This document shows positions 34,804 to 44,650 of a stretch of DNA of 64,000 nt, piece after piece (position 1 is the stretch's first letter; each line of letters begins with the position of its first letter). Source of the stretch: a virus; IMG/VR virus record IMGVR_UViG_3300042090_002597, positions 32,001 through 96,000 of that record, one strand, 5' to 3'. A model generated the notes under the pieces. That model was not told the DNA's origin. It worked only from the letters and a program-made list of their open reading frames with translations, and did no database searches. The translations under genes were made by a program, and so were the position numbers.

Positions 34804-36935
34804 TGCGCCAGCGCCGGGCACGCGCCCTGCGTGGTTGATTGCGCGGTTGCTTGTGCGTCCCACGAAACGGTGAAGGACGTTCCGGCGCCGATCAGCGGGC
34901 TTCCGGTGTTGGGCGCGAAGTTTCCCGATCCGGGGTTGATTAGGCTCGGGTTCACTGCGCACTGGTTCATCGTGCACGCCCAATAACCGCCTTGCATCGG
35001 CGTGGCGCTCGACACGGTCTGCGAATCGTTGATGTTGTAGGTGCCGTTGCTTCCGGAGCCGGTGCCAAGGCTGACGATCTTCGTGCCGACGATCGGCGGC
35101 GTAGGCGACCCTGTTCCGTAAATGATGGCGCCGACAGATAGGTTTGAACTGGACACACTGGAGGCCGTCAGCACCGGGCCGGCGATCGTGCCTGAAAAGG
35201 TCGCTCCTGCATCGTTGTCGAACATCTGGTAAGCGCCCTGTGCGGCGATCGAATAAACATCATTCGTCAGCCAAGTGATGTTTATGTCTGACCCTGCGCC
35301 GTTTCCACCTACTGCGCCGAAACTGTTGTTGCCGCCTGAGCTGTATCCACCGCCGGCATTGGTCGTCGCCAGACCCACGTTGTTCTGCCAGGTATTATTC
35401 GAACCGCCTTGTTGCGAAAGTTCTCCAAGAGCAAATCCATGCAGTGTCGCATCTCGATTGTTGTTATAGGCGGTATTACTCACGAACGTTGCGGTGGAAC
35501 ACCCGAAGGCGTGGAAGCCTCGCGCGCCACCATTGTAGCTCAGCGTAAAGCCTACGAGCATCGGCTGCGTGTATGAAAAATTGGTGCAGGTATCCAAGAT
35601 AAGGTTGTTGCCGTCCGAGATCGAGCCACCGAACGTCAACGTGTTGTCATGCAGGATGTTCCACGTCAGCACATAATGATAAGGAGAATAGATGGTATCA
35701 AATGTAGTCGGGGTGTAGCCCGTTAAGGCGCGTGGTTGAACGATGTTCAGACCCGATCCTTGATTTACATTCGTGTTCGAATTGGAGTAGATCAGATCGT
35801 TCATGGCCCATTGATAGTCGGACCCCGATAGCGTCACTCCGGCTGCACCGCAGTTGTGGGCGGAGACATTGATAACCATGAAATGATCGATGCCGCCGGC
35901 CGCTTGCGGGTAATTGCCGAGGCAGTTTGTGCCAACCGTGTTGCTGTTTCCGTCGAACTCGATACCGTCAACGACCACATAGGCGTTAAGTATGCCCAAG
36001 CTGTCACCATTTGATGACGTGATGTTTTGGCTGGTTGTGACCGTCGTCCCTGAGATCGTAACGGTTGTTCCATAGGGTATCGCAGAGTTGGTCGTGTAAT
36101 CGACGATGCGCTGACCGTTCGTTATGCCAGTTGCCGATGACACCGTGATAGTGTTGCCGCCAGTGACCGATCCCGATTGCGTCGGCTGCGCTGTCTCGTA
36201 GGTGGCCACCAAATCGCCTAGGCTCGTGCTGGTCGTGAACTTGCAGCCGCCGGGAACTGTTGGCGCGGTCGGCCCCGACGCGCAGCGAATAGCCAGATAT
36301 CCCGTCGTGGAAGACGCGTTACCGCCGGCCGTGATGTATTGCGTGCCCGTAAATGAATAGGTGCCCGTGGCCACCTGAATGCACCATCCCGGCGCAGGCG
36401 AAGGGAGAAGTGTCTGCGCCTTGTTCAGCGAGAACACAGGGCTTCCCGACGTGCCGCTGTTGCTGTCGTTGCCGGTCGGAGACATGAAGACACTGCCGCC
36501 CGCGCACGCCGTCGAGTAGGGCGGCGACGCGGAGACGGCGGCGCTCAAACCAGGTACTTCATTGCCGGTGATGGTGAACGATTGATAGTAGCTCGAAGCG
36601 CCCTGCGTGGCGTTCAAGCAGATCGTGTAGGAGCCATTCTGCTGCGCGCCGCTGATCGAAAGCACGTTGCCGCTGACCGAGAAACTGGCGTTGTTAGTGC
36701 TCGCGCAGCCCGAGTGTGTGGCCAGAGAAATTACGCCGATAAACGATCCGCCTATTGCCGTGACAGTCGGCGTGCCAAGCTGGTAGTTGGAATAATTCGA
36801 AACAAAGTAACTTTGCGGCAATGAAATGCCGGTAATCGTAATCGGACCTGTGCTGTTCGAACCCGCGCCGCGCTTCACCAGCGCATCAGCGGGCAGCGTG
36901 AACAGCCACAGCGCAACGAATAGAAGTCGGATCAT
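34794..36935 (-). CDS. Beta-helix (pectate-lyase-like) protein with signal peptide
   Basis: MSPTGNDSNSGT..PVFSLNKA, Asn-ladder repeats, GSPLIGAG. Confidence 0.75.
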   Translation of the reverse strand: MIRLLFVALWLFTLPADALVKRGAGSNSTGPITITGISLPQSYFVSNYSNYQLGTPTVTAIGGSFIGVISLATHSGCASTNNASFSVSGNVLSISGAQQNGSYTICLNATQGASSYYQSFTITGNEVPGLSAAVSASPPYSTACAGGSVFMSPTGNDSNSGTSGSPVFSLNKAQTLLPSPAPGWCIQVATGTYSFTGTQYITAGGNASSTTGYLAIRCASGPTAPTVPGGCKFTTSTSLGDLVATYETAQPTQSGSVTGGNTITVSSATGITNGQRIVDYTTNSAIPYGTTVTISGTTVTTSQNITSSNGDSLGILNAYVVVDGIEFDGNSNTVGTNCLGNYPQAAGGIDHFMVINVSAHNCGAAGVTLSGSDYQWAMNDLIYSNSNTNVNQGSGLNIVQPRALTGYTPTTFDTIYSPYHYVLTWNILHDNTLTFGGSISDGNNLILDTCTNFSYTQPMLVGFTLSYNGGARGFHAFGCSTATFVSNTAYNNNRDATLHGFALGELSQQGGSNNTWQNNVGLATTNAGGGYSSGGNNSFGAVGGNGAGSDINITWLTNDVYSIAAQGAYQMFDNDAGATFSGTIAGPVLTASSVSSSNLSVGAIIYGTGSPTPPIVGTKIVSLGTGSGSNGTYNINDSQTVSSATPMQGGYWACTMNQCAVNPSLINPGSGNFAPNTGSPLIGAGTSFTVSWDAQATAQSTTQGACPALAQCP

Positions 36936-36940
36936 CGTCT

Positions 36941-37633
36941 TCACCAGCATGACGAAAACCCTGTTGGGAGGCCGCCAGAGTAAGCCGAACTGCCGGTATT
37001 AACCGTGGCTGCGTCGCCGGAGCTGAACCCGACCTGCGCGATGATGTAGAGCGAGGTCGAGATGCCGCTCAGCGCAATACCTCCGTTCTGCGATCCGACG
37101 TTGGGGCTATAGCTCGCGTTTCCGTTCCAGTTCGAAGAAGGCGACGCGCGCGCCCATATCTGCGGCGGACTCAGCGTAAAGTCGATGGCGAAGCCGACGA
37201 CGGCGCCAGCCGACCACGTTCCAGGGCTGCCTTGCGGACCGTTGTTGTAGTAGATTGATCCGCCGGAAGCGTAATACAGCGAGTGAACATCGGCACCAAT
37301 GTTTCCGCTGGCCGTCGGATAAGATGAGTCCGCCAGTCCGATGGCCGGAACGGTCGTGCTCGGCGTGATCTCGAAGTAGCAGCGCGTCCCTGAGTTGACG
37401 GCGGTGTTTCGAGCTGCGGCGCCCCCCGTTTGGAACGTCGTCCACGTCGCCGTCAGGTTGACGTTGCTGTAGGTAATGTAGGACGTGTTGAGCGTCGTGT
37501 CCCAGGTCGAGTGCGCGACGGATGGCAGCCCCGGCACGCCCAGGCGTGCCGTCACCCCCGGCGTCGGCCCGAACGGTCCAGCTGCGGCCGCGCAAGACCA
37601 CAGGAGCGCGCAGAGAAGCGCGAGGCGACGCAT
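36941..37633 (-). CDS. SPRY/ConA-like domain protein with signal peptide
   Basis: LTAT..YFEIT..IGLA..GAVVGFAIDF. Confidence 0.7.
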   Translation of the reverse strand: MRRLALLCALLWSCAAAAGPFGPTPGVTARLGVPGLPSVAHSTWDTTLNTSYITYSNVNLTATWTTFQTGGAAARNTAVNSGTRCYFEITPSTTVPAIGLADSSYPTASGNIGADVHSLYYASGGSIYYNNGPQGSPGTWSAGAVVGFAIDFTLSPPQIWARASPSSNWNGNASYSPNVGSQNGGIALSGISTSLYIIAQVGFSSGDAATVNTGSSAYSGGLPTGFSSCW

Positions 37634-40600
37634 CAGCGCATCTCCTCCGCCGTGACCGTCAGCGAGGTCAACGCGGTTGTCGACACCGTGCCGACGCTCT
37701 TGGCCGCGAGGTCGATCCAGTAGGCCGTTCCCGGTGTCAGGCCGGCGGCGTGTCCGACCGCGCAGAACGGACGCGCCACGTTTGCTGCCGTCACGGTCGT
37801 TTCGGCTTTCGATGTCACTGGGTTTCCGGTCTGCGTGCCTGTTAGCGCAGCCGCATTCGTGGGTGCGGTGCTGGTGCCGTAAGAGACTTGCACCGTGATG
37901 CCGTCGCCGGAAGTGGTAGAGGTCTGAGTGACGACGCCGCAGATCTCGATCCGCACGTTGCCGCTGGTCTGCGGCGTGATCGTACCGGCGAGCCCCTGCA
38001 TGAAGTACGTTGAGGTGTTTGCCGGGGCGATCGGGTTGCCCGGGGTTGACAGTGTGAACGCACTGCTGACCGGCGCATAGCACTGCATCGCGCCGTTCGT
38101 CACCATCACCGAGCAATCAATGTTCGTGACCGCGCTGTTGCCGGGGTTGAGACTGACGATCAGCGCCGCGCCGCTCGGGTTGAGGAAGTTGCTGCCGTAG
38201 GCGAGCGAGTAGGGCGCGCCCGAAGCAGGCTGCGTGATCTGATAGTGCAGCGATTGCCCGGCGACGGTGTTGGTGGGATTGCCCAGCGTGTGCCCGCTTG
38301 CCGTCAACGTCACCGTGAAGCTGTTCGACAGTGCGCCATTTGACGCGATGGTCGAAGCGTCCGTAAGAGCGACGGGCGTGGTCAGCGCGCCCTCGGCGAT
38401 CGCCACCTGCGAGCCGTTGTCGGTGATCGCCGTCGTCGCCAGGGGAGACGTCCCGTTACCCTTATAGACGGTGTTCGCGACCAACGTTGCGAGGCCGGTG
38501 CCGCCGCGGGGAACATTGATTATTGGCGCTTCGTTGAGCGAAGCATATAGGCTCGTGCCATCACCCTGGAAGCAAATCGTTTCGCCAGGGTATTGCGAAG
38601 CGAAGGCAGGATACATCGTGGCGCCGGAGGAATTCGTCAGCGTGTTGGTGCCAGACGCGGTGATATTGACCAAGCATGCGGATTGCCCGGCACCGAATAT
38701 GGTTGAGCCAAAATTGGTTGACGAAATGGTTATTGTTCCACCACCGCTTATGTTTAGCGGAATGGTGTTTCCCATATCGACAGTGCCGAAAGTAAATCCT
38801 GCAGTTTTTGCGGATTCTACCGGGAAGTTCGTATTCAACGTGCTGGATGCCACTACGAGACCGTTGCCCAGCGTATCGCCAAGAATAGTTGATCCGCTAT
38901 TCCACAAAGCTATCTGACCACTGACAGGACTGCCAGAACTGGAAACATTTCCACCGCCACTAGTGGCACTTAACGTTCCGCCAGACAGAGACAGCCCAGA
39001 TCCGACCGTGACATCCTGACCGACACCTGCGGTACCGCTGCCGCCATAAAGCTGGGAGGTCGTTGCGGAAGGAAGCACAGCCAGCACGCCGGTGGTGTCC
39101 GGCAGTGTCAGCGTCACCGACCCGAGCGCGCCTGTCGGCGGAGTAATCGTGATCGAGCCGCTGTTGGCGTTGTAGTAGACATCCGTGCCTGCGTTGGTTC
39201 CGGACAGACCATGCCATACCGGACCTTCAAATAGCGATATGGCCAGACCGCCAAGCGTGTGGATAGCGTAGGACGTAGATGTGCCCGCGGTGTGGTTATC
39301 CGCAATGCGAAGACCTGCGTAATTGGCTATGCCACCGGAGCCCGCGAGTTGTTCGACATCGAATGCGTCAAACTGGGTGACCGTTTGGCCCGCCGACCCC
39401 GAATTTCCGCCTGCGCGAAAAATATCCATCTGCGCAACAGTGTTGCCGCTGGTAGCTCCGGCATAAGCAGTTGACAGCACACCGACGGGAGACACGATGC
39501 CGCTATATACATCTATAGCCGCGTTCACTGCGGTTATGGGTGCGTACAGTATATTGCCGTTGCTGTTTCCTACGGACGCGCCTGTCAGCGTCGTTACGGT
39601 TATACCGTCTCCGGAGTTAAGCTGGCCGCTTCCATTATCCGCAAGAGCTACCGATATTCCTTCCATCGCATTTATGTTGTAGGCGTTTCCGCTTGGCAGA
39701 GTTGACTGCACATTCAAACCCCACGACTGCGCGAGCGATCCTGCACCGGTGCTCGCGGTCAGAGGAAGTGTCTGGACTATGGCCAGACCGTTGAAATCCG
39801 GAAGACGCGATGAACCTCCCGGGAATGTACTGTTTATTATCATCGTGGACGGATACGCAGTCTGCGTATTCGAACTGGAGCCAACTTGCAGGAAATTTGT
39901 TACACTTTCATTTCCGACAACTCGCTCACCGCTAGACAGATCAACAACCTGCGAGGGATAGCTTTGTGCGCCTGTGTTGCTCTGACCTTGGTCCGCCACG
40001 ACAGAACCGCAGGACGTATTTCCGAGAAAGCGGAGAACGCCGGATGCGATCTGGCTTGCGTTTCCGCCGTATATGTCGCACGATGTTGATCCGGTGATGC
40101 TTGGTGTTGTTACGTTTATGTAGTTTGTCGAGTTAAGCGTGGCATTTCCGGAAGTTATGGTTCCCGTGTTTCCGGTTATGCTCTGCCCAAGCGCATTGAG
40201 CGCGTTTACCCGGTAAAAATATGATGTGCTGCCTGCTGTCCCAACCGTGGCGAGTGTCGGCGCGGACGGTTGTGTCAGCGGTGTGGCAAAATACAAAAAA
40301 CTGGAACTGGCACCAAACACGCCTGCGTTGTTAAATTGGATCTGCGTGTTCGACCCGGAAGGTAACGCATTGATCGTATTGCTGTTGGCAATCGACACAT
40401 TCGAGCCGCCAACTAAAGACAGGATACCGGAATTGCTGACGGTGCCGCTGCTCACCGTCAAGCCGCTGCCGACGACCATACCGCCAAGAGCGGAAGTAGT
40501 AGCCGCGGTCACGCTCAAAGTGCCGCCGGATGCGGACAGCGCGGTTCCCGCTGCGATGGTGCCGGTCAAGCCGCCGAGTTGCAGAACACCGGAATTCGAG

Positions 40601-42243
40601 AGAGTGCCGCCGGACCAAGCCAGACCGCTCAGAGTGGTGGCTTCAAGCGAGGTGCCGTTCGTGCTTACCACCCCGGCGGCGGGAGAGATCAGGTTCAACG
40701 TGCCGGTGCTGGTGATGGTGCCCCCGGGCGTCGACCCGACTTCCAGGTTCGCCCCTGCCGTGACTGCACTCACGCCACCCGGCGGCGACGCCCAGGTGCC
40801 GTCGCCGCGCCAGAAAGTGCTGCTCGACGCGCCGGTACCTCCGGCGAGATTGGATGTCGGTAGATTACCGGTGATGTCCGAAGCCAAATTCACTGCGCCG
40901 AATGATGGCGCTCCGGAAGCATTGCCGTGCAGGACAGTGGTAGTGGTTCCGAGCGAACCAAGCACGATCGGAACGGCACCAGCACCGCCGCCGAGCACGA
41001 TCGCGTTCTGCGTCAACGCGGCAGACGAGGTGATGGTCCCGGCTGCGGTGAAGGCGAGGATGCCGCCGCTGGCGCCGCTGGTCAGACCCGTGCCGCCCAG
41101 ATTGACTGCGACCGGCGAGGTCAGCGAAAAAGTCGAACTGTTCAGGGTCAAACCGGTTCCCGCAGCGTAGAGACCGCCGCCGGAAGCCGAAAGCGTGCCG
41201 CCTGCGCTCAGAGTCAGGTTCGCTCCGATGGTCGCGGGCGACAGAGTGGTTCCGTTGCTGTAGACGATGCCGGTGGATGGCGCGGCTAGGCCGATCGTGC
41301 CCGCAGTGGTGATGGTGCCGCCGGTGAGCAGTCCCGCTGCGACGATTGTGGTTACCGTGCCGGTGCCGGGGGGAGTAGCCCATGTACCGTCACCGCGCCA
41401 GAAAGTGCTGCTTGATGCGCCGGTGCCGCCCCCGAGATTGGAAGTGGACAGATTGCCGGTCACATCGGAAGCCAGATTCACCGCACCGAATGTCGGAGCG
41501 CCGGAGGCGTTGCCGTGCAGGACAGTGGTAGTAGTGCCGAGAGTGCCGAGAGGCGCTGGCGTAGCGCCTACCCCGCCGCCGAGCACGATCGCGTTCAGGG
41601 TTAGCACACCGGACGAAGTGGCGACGCCACTGCCGGTGAAACCGAGAATGCCGCCGCTGGTGCCGCTGGTCAGACCCGTGCCGCCTAGCGAGACGGCGAG
41701 TGGCGAATTGATGGACAGCACACCGCTGCCATTTACTTGCAGCCCAGATCCTGGACTGACGCCGCCGATGGAGAGAGTTGTGGCGGGCGACAAGGATAGC
41801 GTACCGCCGGAATAGGCCAGACCTGTCCCAGCGGTGCCGGTCTGCAGGATAGTGCCGTTGCTGACGACAAAACCCGCGCTTGGCGCACCATTGAATGAAA
41901 GCGTGCCGCTGTTGTTAGTCAACCCGGAGCCGATGGAAGAGATCGTGCCTGCCTGCCACAGCGCGCTCAGGGTGGTTCCGTTGACGACCAGGCCGCTGCT
42001 GATTGTGGCGTCGACGAGCGTGGTGCCGGTGCTTGCGATGATGCCCGGACTGACATAGGGCAGCGTGATCGTGCCAGCGTTAATGATCGGGTTGGACGGC
42101 GATGCCTGCAAAAACCCACCGACAGTGAGCGGTGCGCGGGATCCGCTGCCCCCGCCGGACGGAGGCTGGGGGCCATAGGGCTGCGCGAGCGCGGTGGACG
42201 CGAGCAGCAGTGAAGCCAGCCCGAAAGCACCGGAGTATTTCAT
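37633..42243 (-). CDS. Giant Gly/Ser/Thr-rich fibre-like protein (1536 aa) with signal peptide and internal duplication
   Basis: VxxGGTG, TFWRGDGTW and GSNTQIQFNNAGVFGA fibre motifs; ~114-aa block present twice. Confidence 0.8.
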   Translation of the reverse strand: MKYSGAFGLASLLLASTALAQPYGPQPPSGGGSGSRAPLTVGGFLQASPSNPIINAGTITLPYVSPGIIASTGTTLVDATISSGLVVNGTTLSALWQAGTISSIGSGLTNNSGTLSFNGAPSAGFVVSNGTILQTGTAGTGLAYSGGTLSLSPATTLSIGGVSPGSGLQVNGSGVLSINSPLAVSLGGTGLTSGTSGGILGFTGSGVATSSGVLTLNAIVLGGGVGATPAPLGTLGTTTTVLHGNASGAPTFGAVNLASDVTGNLSTSNLGGGTGASSSTFWRGDGTWATPPGTGTVTTIVAAGLLTGGTITTAGTIGLAAPSTGIVYSNGTTLSPATIGANLTLSAGGTLSASGGGLYAAGTGLTLNSSTFSLTSPVAVNLGGTGLTSGASGGILAFTAAGTITSSAALTQNAIVLGGGAGAVPIVLGSLGTTTTVLHGNASGAPSFGAVNLASDITGNLPTSNLAGGTGASSSTFWRGDGTWASPPGGVSAVTAGANLEVGSTPGGTITSTGTLNLISPAAGVVSTNGTSLEATTLSGLAWSGGTLSNSGVLQLGGLTGTIAAGTALSASGGTLSVTAATTSALGGMVVGSGLTVSSGTVSNSGILSLVGGSNVSIANSNTINALPSGSNTQIQFNNAGVFGASSSFLYFATPLTQPSAPTLATVGTAGSTSYFYRVNALNALGQSITGNTGTITSGNATLNSTNYINVTTPSITGSTSCDIYGGNASQIASGVLRFLGNTSCGSVVADQGQSNTGAQSYPSQVVDLSSGERVVGNESVTNFLQVGSSSNTQTAYPSTMIINSTFPGGSSRLPDFNGLAIVQTLPLTASTGAGSLAQSWGLNVQSTLPSGNAYNINAMEGISVALADNGSGQLNSGDGITVTTLTGASVGNSNGNILYAPITAVNAAIDVYSGIVSPVGVLSTAYAGATSGNTVAQMDIFRAGGNSGSAGQTVTQFDAFDVEQLAGSGGIANYAGLRIADNHTAGTSTSYAIHTLGGLAISLFEGPVWHGLSGTNAGTDVYYNANSGSITITPPTGALGSVTLTLPDTTGVLAVLPSATTSQLYGGSGTAGVGQDVTVGSGLSLSGGTLSATSGGGNVSSSGSPVSGQIALWNSGSTILGDTLGNGLVVASSTLNTNFPVESAKTAGFTFGTVDMGNTIPLNISGGGTITISSTNFGSTIFGAGQSACLVNITASGTNTLTNSSGATMYPAFASQYPGETICFQGDGTSLYASLNEAPIINVPRGGTGLATLVANTVYKGNGTSPLATTAITDNGSQVAIAEGALTTPVALTDASTIASNGALSNSFTVTLTASGHTLGNPTNTVAGQSLHYQITQPASGAPYSLAYGSNFLNPSGAALIVSLNPGNSAVTNIDCSVMVTNGAMQCYAPVSSAFTLSTPGNPIAPANTSTYFMQGLAGTITPQTSGNVRIEICGVVTQTSTTSGDGITVQVSYGTSTAPTNAAALTGTQTGNPVTSKAETTVTAANVARPFCAVGHAAGLTPGTAYWIDLAAKSVGTVSTTALTSLTVTAEEMR

Positions 42244-42255
42244 GGTGCGAATTCC

Positions 42256-42621
42256 TTAAAACCGGCTGGCGGAGAAAATGTGTCCCGTGGTCGCAGCTGT
42301 GACCGTGATCGCATTGGCTGCGTGCGGAAGGTAGAAAGACTGTCCGGCCGTGAGCGCGTAGACTCCGCCGCCCTCGGTGGTGGTGCAGGTTCCGCCGGCC
42401 GGACAGACGTAGAGATTTTCACCGGCCGTGGTCGGATTGGTGATCCAGGCACCGGTATTGATCGAATTGGCCGCGAACAAAATTTGAGACACGCCGCCGG
42501 TGGTGATGGTGTAGTTGGACGGCGTGACGATGGTGACCGACGGACCGTTCTGTGCCGCGGCGGCCGCTGCTGCCATAAGCAGCGACAACGCGAACAACAG
42601 GCGGGGCATGGCGCGTCTCAT
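42256..42621 (-). CDS. Small secreted beta-rich protein
   Basis: MPRLLFALSLLMAAAAAAAQ signal peptide. Confidence 0.7.
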   Translation of the reverse strand: MRRAMPRLLFALSLLMAAAAAAAQNGPSVTIVTPSNYTITTGGVSQILFAANSINTGAWITNPTTAGENLYVCPAGGTCTTTEGGGVYALTAGQSFYLPHAANAITVTAATTGHIFSASRF

Positions 42622-43130
42622 TGGGCGAGACCCCGGATGAAGCCAACTGAGATCGGCGCGAAAGTGCCGCAGGCGGAAGCGCTGATGCCAGCGCTGATGC
42701 CAGCGCTGAAAAACTCCATCGGACCGGGGATGAGCTTGACGGAGCCAACCCCGCTGGCGGCGATGGCGACACAGTCCTGCATCTGCCCAGAGGCGGTACC
42801 GCCGACGATCGTGCCGCTTGCGGGAACCGTAGGCGAGTTGAACACCTGCAGCCAACAGGTCTGGGTGCAGGTAGCGTACACGTCGTACAGATTGCCCGGA
42901 GCGGCTTTCAAGACCATCCCGGATACGGCACCTCCAGATGCCGTTGGCAGGATCGCCGCGCCCGAGAAAGGGGTAGGCGCCATGACATGCGCCGGTGCAA
43001 ACGGCCCGAACGAGGAAGGGAAAGACAGTTGCGACGGTCCCTGCGCGTGTGCTTTCGGCACAGGGACGGATACCTCGGCAATGGGCATGGCGACAAGGAG
43101 AGCGACGCAAAGGCGCTTCATGGCGGGCAT
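42618..43130 (-). CDS. Secreted beta-rich protein
   Basis: Signal peptide; VLKAAPGNLY...WLQVFN. Confidence 0.7.
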   Translation of the reverse strand: MPAMKRLCVALLVAMPIAEVSVPVPKAHAQGPSQLSFPSSFGPFAPAHVMAPTPFSGAAILPTASGGAVSGMVLKAAPGNLYDVYATCTQTCWLQVFNSPTVPASGTIVGGTASGQMQDCVAIAASGVGSVKLIPGPMEFFSAGISAGISASACGTFAPISVGFIRGLAQ

Positions 43131-43230
43131 CCTTGGTGAAAATCTGCGCTAGAGTGCCTCGCCAGGGTGTTTTTGCCCATGCCGGGATTGCCTGTTGTGT
43201 TGTTGCACGGAACGTGTTAATTGACGCCGC

Positions 43231-43485
43231 ATGACGCTGGATGAATGGATCAGGAGCCGCGAACCGCGTATGACCGACGCCGAATTCGGGCGCATTGTCG
43301 GCGAACGCGCGCGAGGTCAGGCCCTGACGCAGCAAGCGGTGGGAATGTGGCGGCGCGGTGAACGGATGCCGGACCCGCAATATATCCCGGTGATCGAAAA
43401 TGTCACCGAACGATCAGTTATGGAAATTGACCTGCTTACGGCTTGGCGAAATAACCGAGCCAAACACAGCAACGGAGTTGCGTGA
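43231..43485 (+). CDS. Cro-like HTH protein
   Basis: MTLDEWI...TQQAVGMWRRGERMP. Confidence 0.8.
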   Translation: MTLDEWIRSREPRMTDAEFGRIVGERARGQALTQQAVGMWRRGERMPDPQYIPVIENVTERSVMEIDLLTAWRNNRAKHSNGVA

Positions 43486-43682
43486 CTATGTGGATTGCGG
43501 TGACCGAAGATATTACGGGTAAACACGTTCTCATAAACACCATGTCCCCGATGAGAATTACAGCGGGAGAAAAAGAAAATACGTGTGATCTGTCGCAAAG
43601 TGAATATGGCCTGCTGTTGAAAATAAAGAGTGATTTCGGCACTCTTGTGCTCAGTCTTCAAGCGCTGGACCTTCGCCAGTGA
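43482..43682 (+). CDS. Hypothetical protein
   Basis: GTGA overlaps. Confidence 0.55.
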   Translation: MTMWIAVTEDITGKHVLINTMSPMRITAGEKENTCDLSQSEYGLLLKIKSDFGTLVLSLQALDLRQ

Positions 43683-44236
43683 ATGTCTCGCTTATCATAG
43701 GCGTTGATCCCGGAGCGTCCGGTGCGATTTCTTTTTTGCAGCCGAACGGCGCGCTTTTCGGCATCGAGGACATTCCGGTCGACCGGATCCAGGTGGGTAA
43801 GCATTCCCGTTCCCGCGTGAACATTCCGCGTCTGTGGGGACTGCTTCAGGGTCTCGGCAACGGAACAGCCGTTTTCATCGAAAAGCCGAACTATCGTCCG
43901 ATGATGAAACGCAATCCGAAAACCGGTGTTCCGGAGCCGATGCAAATGGGCGTCGCCGGGGCGGGTGCTTTCGGAGAAACGTACGGTTCGCTGTTGGCCG
44001 CGCTGGTGATCGCCGGAGCCCAGATCCATGAAGTGGCTCCGGGTGTCTGGGGCCGGGCGATCGGCTTGAAAGGCGGCAAGGACGATGCGATTCGGCTGGC
44101 CGGAAATCTGTTCCCTGCCAGCGCAAAACTGTTCGCGCGAAAAATGGACCATAACCGCGCCGAGGCAGCTTTGATAGGCTACTATGGCGCGCAGAAATTA
44201 CGCGGAGAAGGACATGCTGTCGGCACCTCAGTTTGA
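43679..44236 (+). CDS. RuvC-like Holliday junction resolvase
   Basis: IIGVDPG, VFIEK, FGETYG, RAEAALI. Confidence 0.88.
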   Translation: MNVSLIIGVDPGASGAISFLQPNGALFGIEDIPVDRIQVGKHSRSRVNIPRLWGLLQGLGNGTAVFIEKPNYRPMMKRNPKTGVPEPMQMGVAGAGAFGETYGSLLAALVIAGAQIHEVAPGVWGRAIGLKGGKDDAIRLAGNLFPASAKLFARKMDHNRAEAALIGYYGAQKLRGEGHAVGTSV

Positions 44237-44459
44237 CCCGCGCTATCTCCAGGCACGGCCGATGACGAACTATAAACTGGGTCATGTTCAGATGGACGGT
44301 TCGCGTCCTATTCGCGTAGGAGACGCAACGGTGGGCTGGTTGTGGGGCGACGGCGAAGGGAAATTCCGCGCGGGGCCCCGTGTTGGCTGTGCTCGCTATG
44401 AGCAGGCGCACGACCAGAGCGCTGCGGTGATGATGTATCTGGACTGGAGACTGCCGTGA
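44214..44459 (+). CDS. Hypothetical protein
   Basis: RBS and overlap. Confidence 0.55.
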   Translation: MLSAPQFDPRYLQARPMTNYKLGHVQMDGSRPIRVGDATVGWLWGDGEGKFRAGPRVGCARYEQAHDQSAAVMMYLDWRLP

Positions 44460-44650
44460 TTTCGCCGGAACGATTGAAGCGCCTGAAAGAATTGATGCGC
44501 GATGCCGAAATGTGCCCGCGGCTGAACAAGTACGAGGAAGATTTCTGCGCCAGCATGCGCGAGCGCGTAGAGCAGCGCGGAGAAAGCATGAATCTTTCGG
44601 ATGCGCAGGAGCGGGTTTTGACGAGCATCGAAGCGAAAGTCTATGCCTGA
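44456..44650 (+). CDS. Hypothetical protein
   Basis: EEDFCASM..LSDAQERVL. Confidence 0.65.
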   Translation: MISPERLKRLKELMRDAEMCPRLNKYEEDFCASMRERVEQRGESMNLSDAQERVLTSIEAKVYA

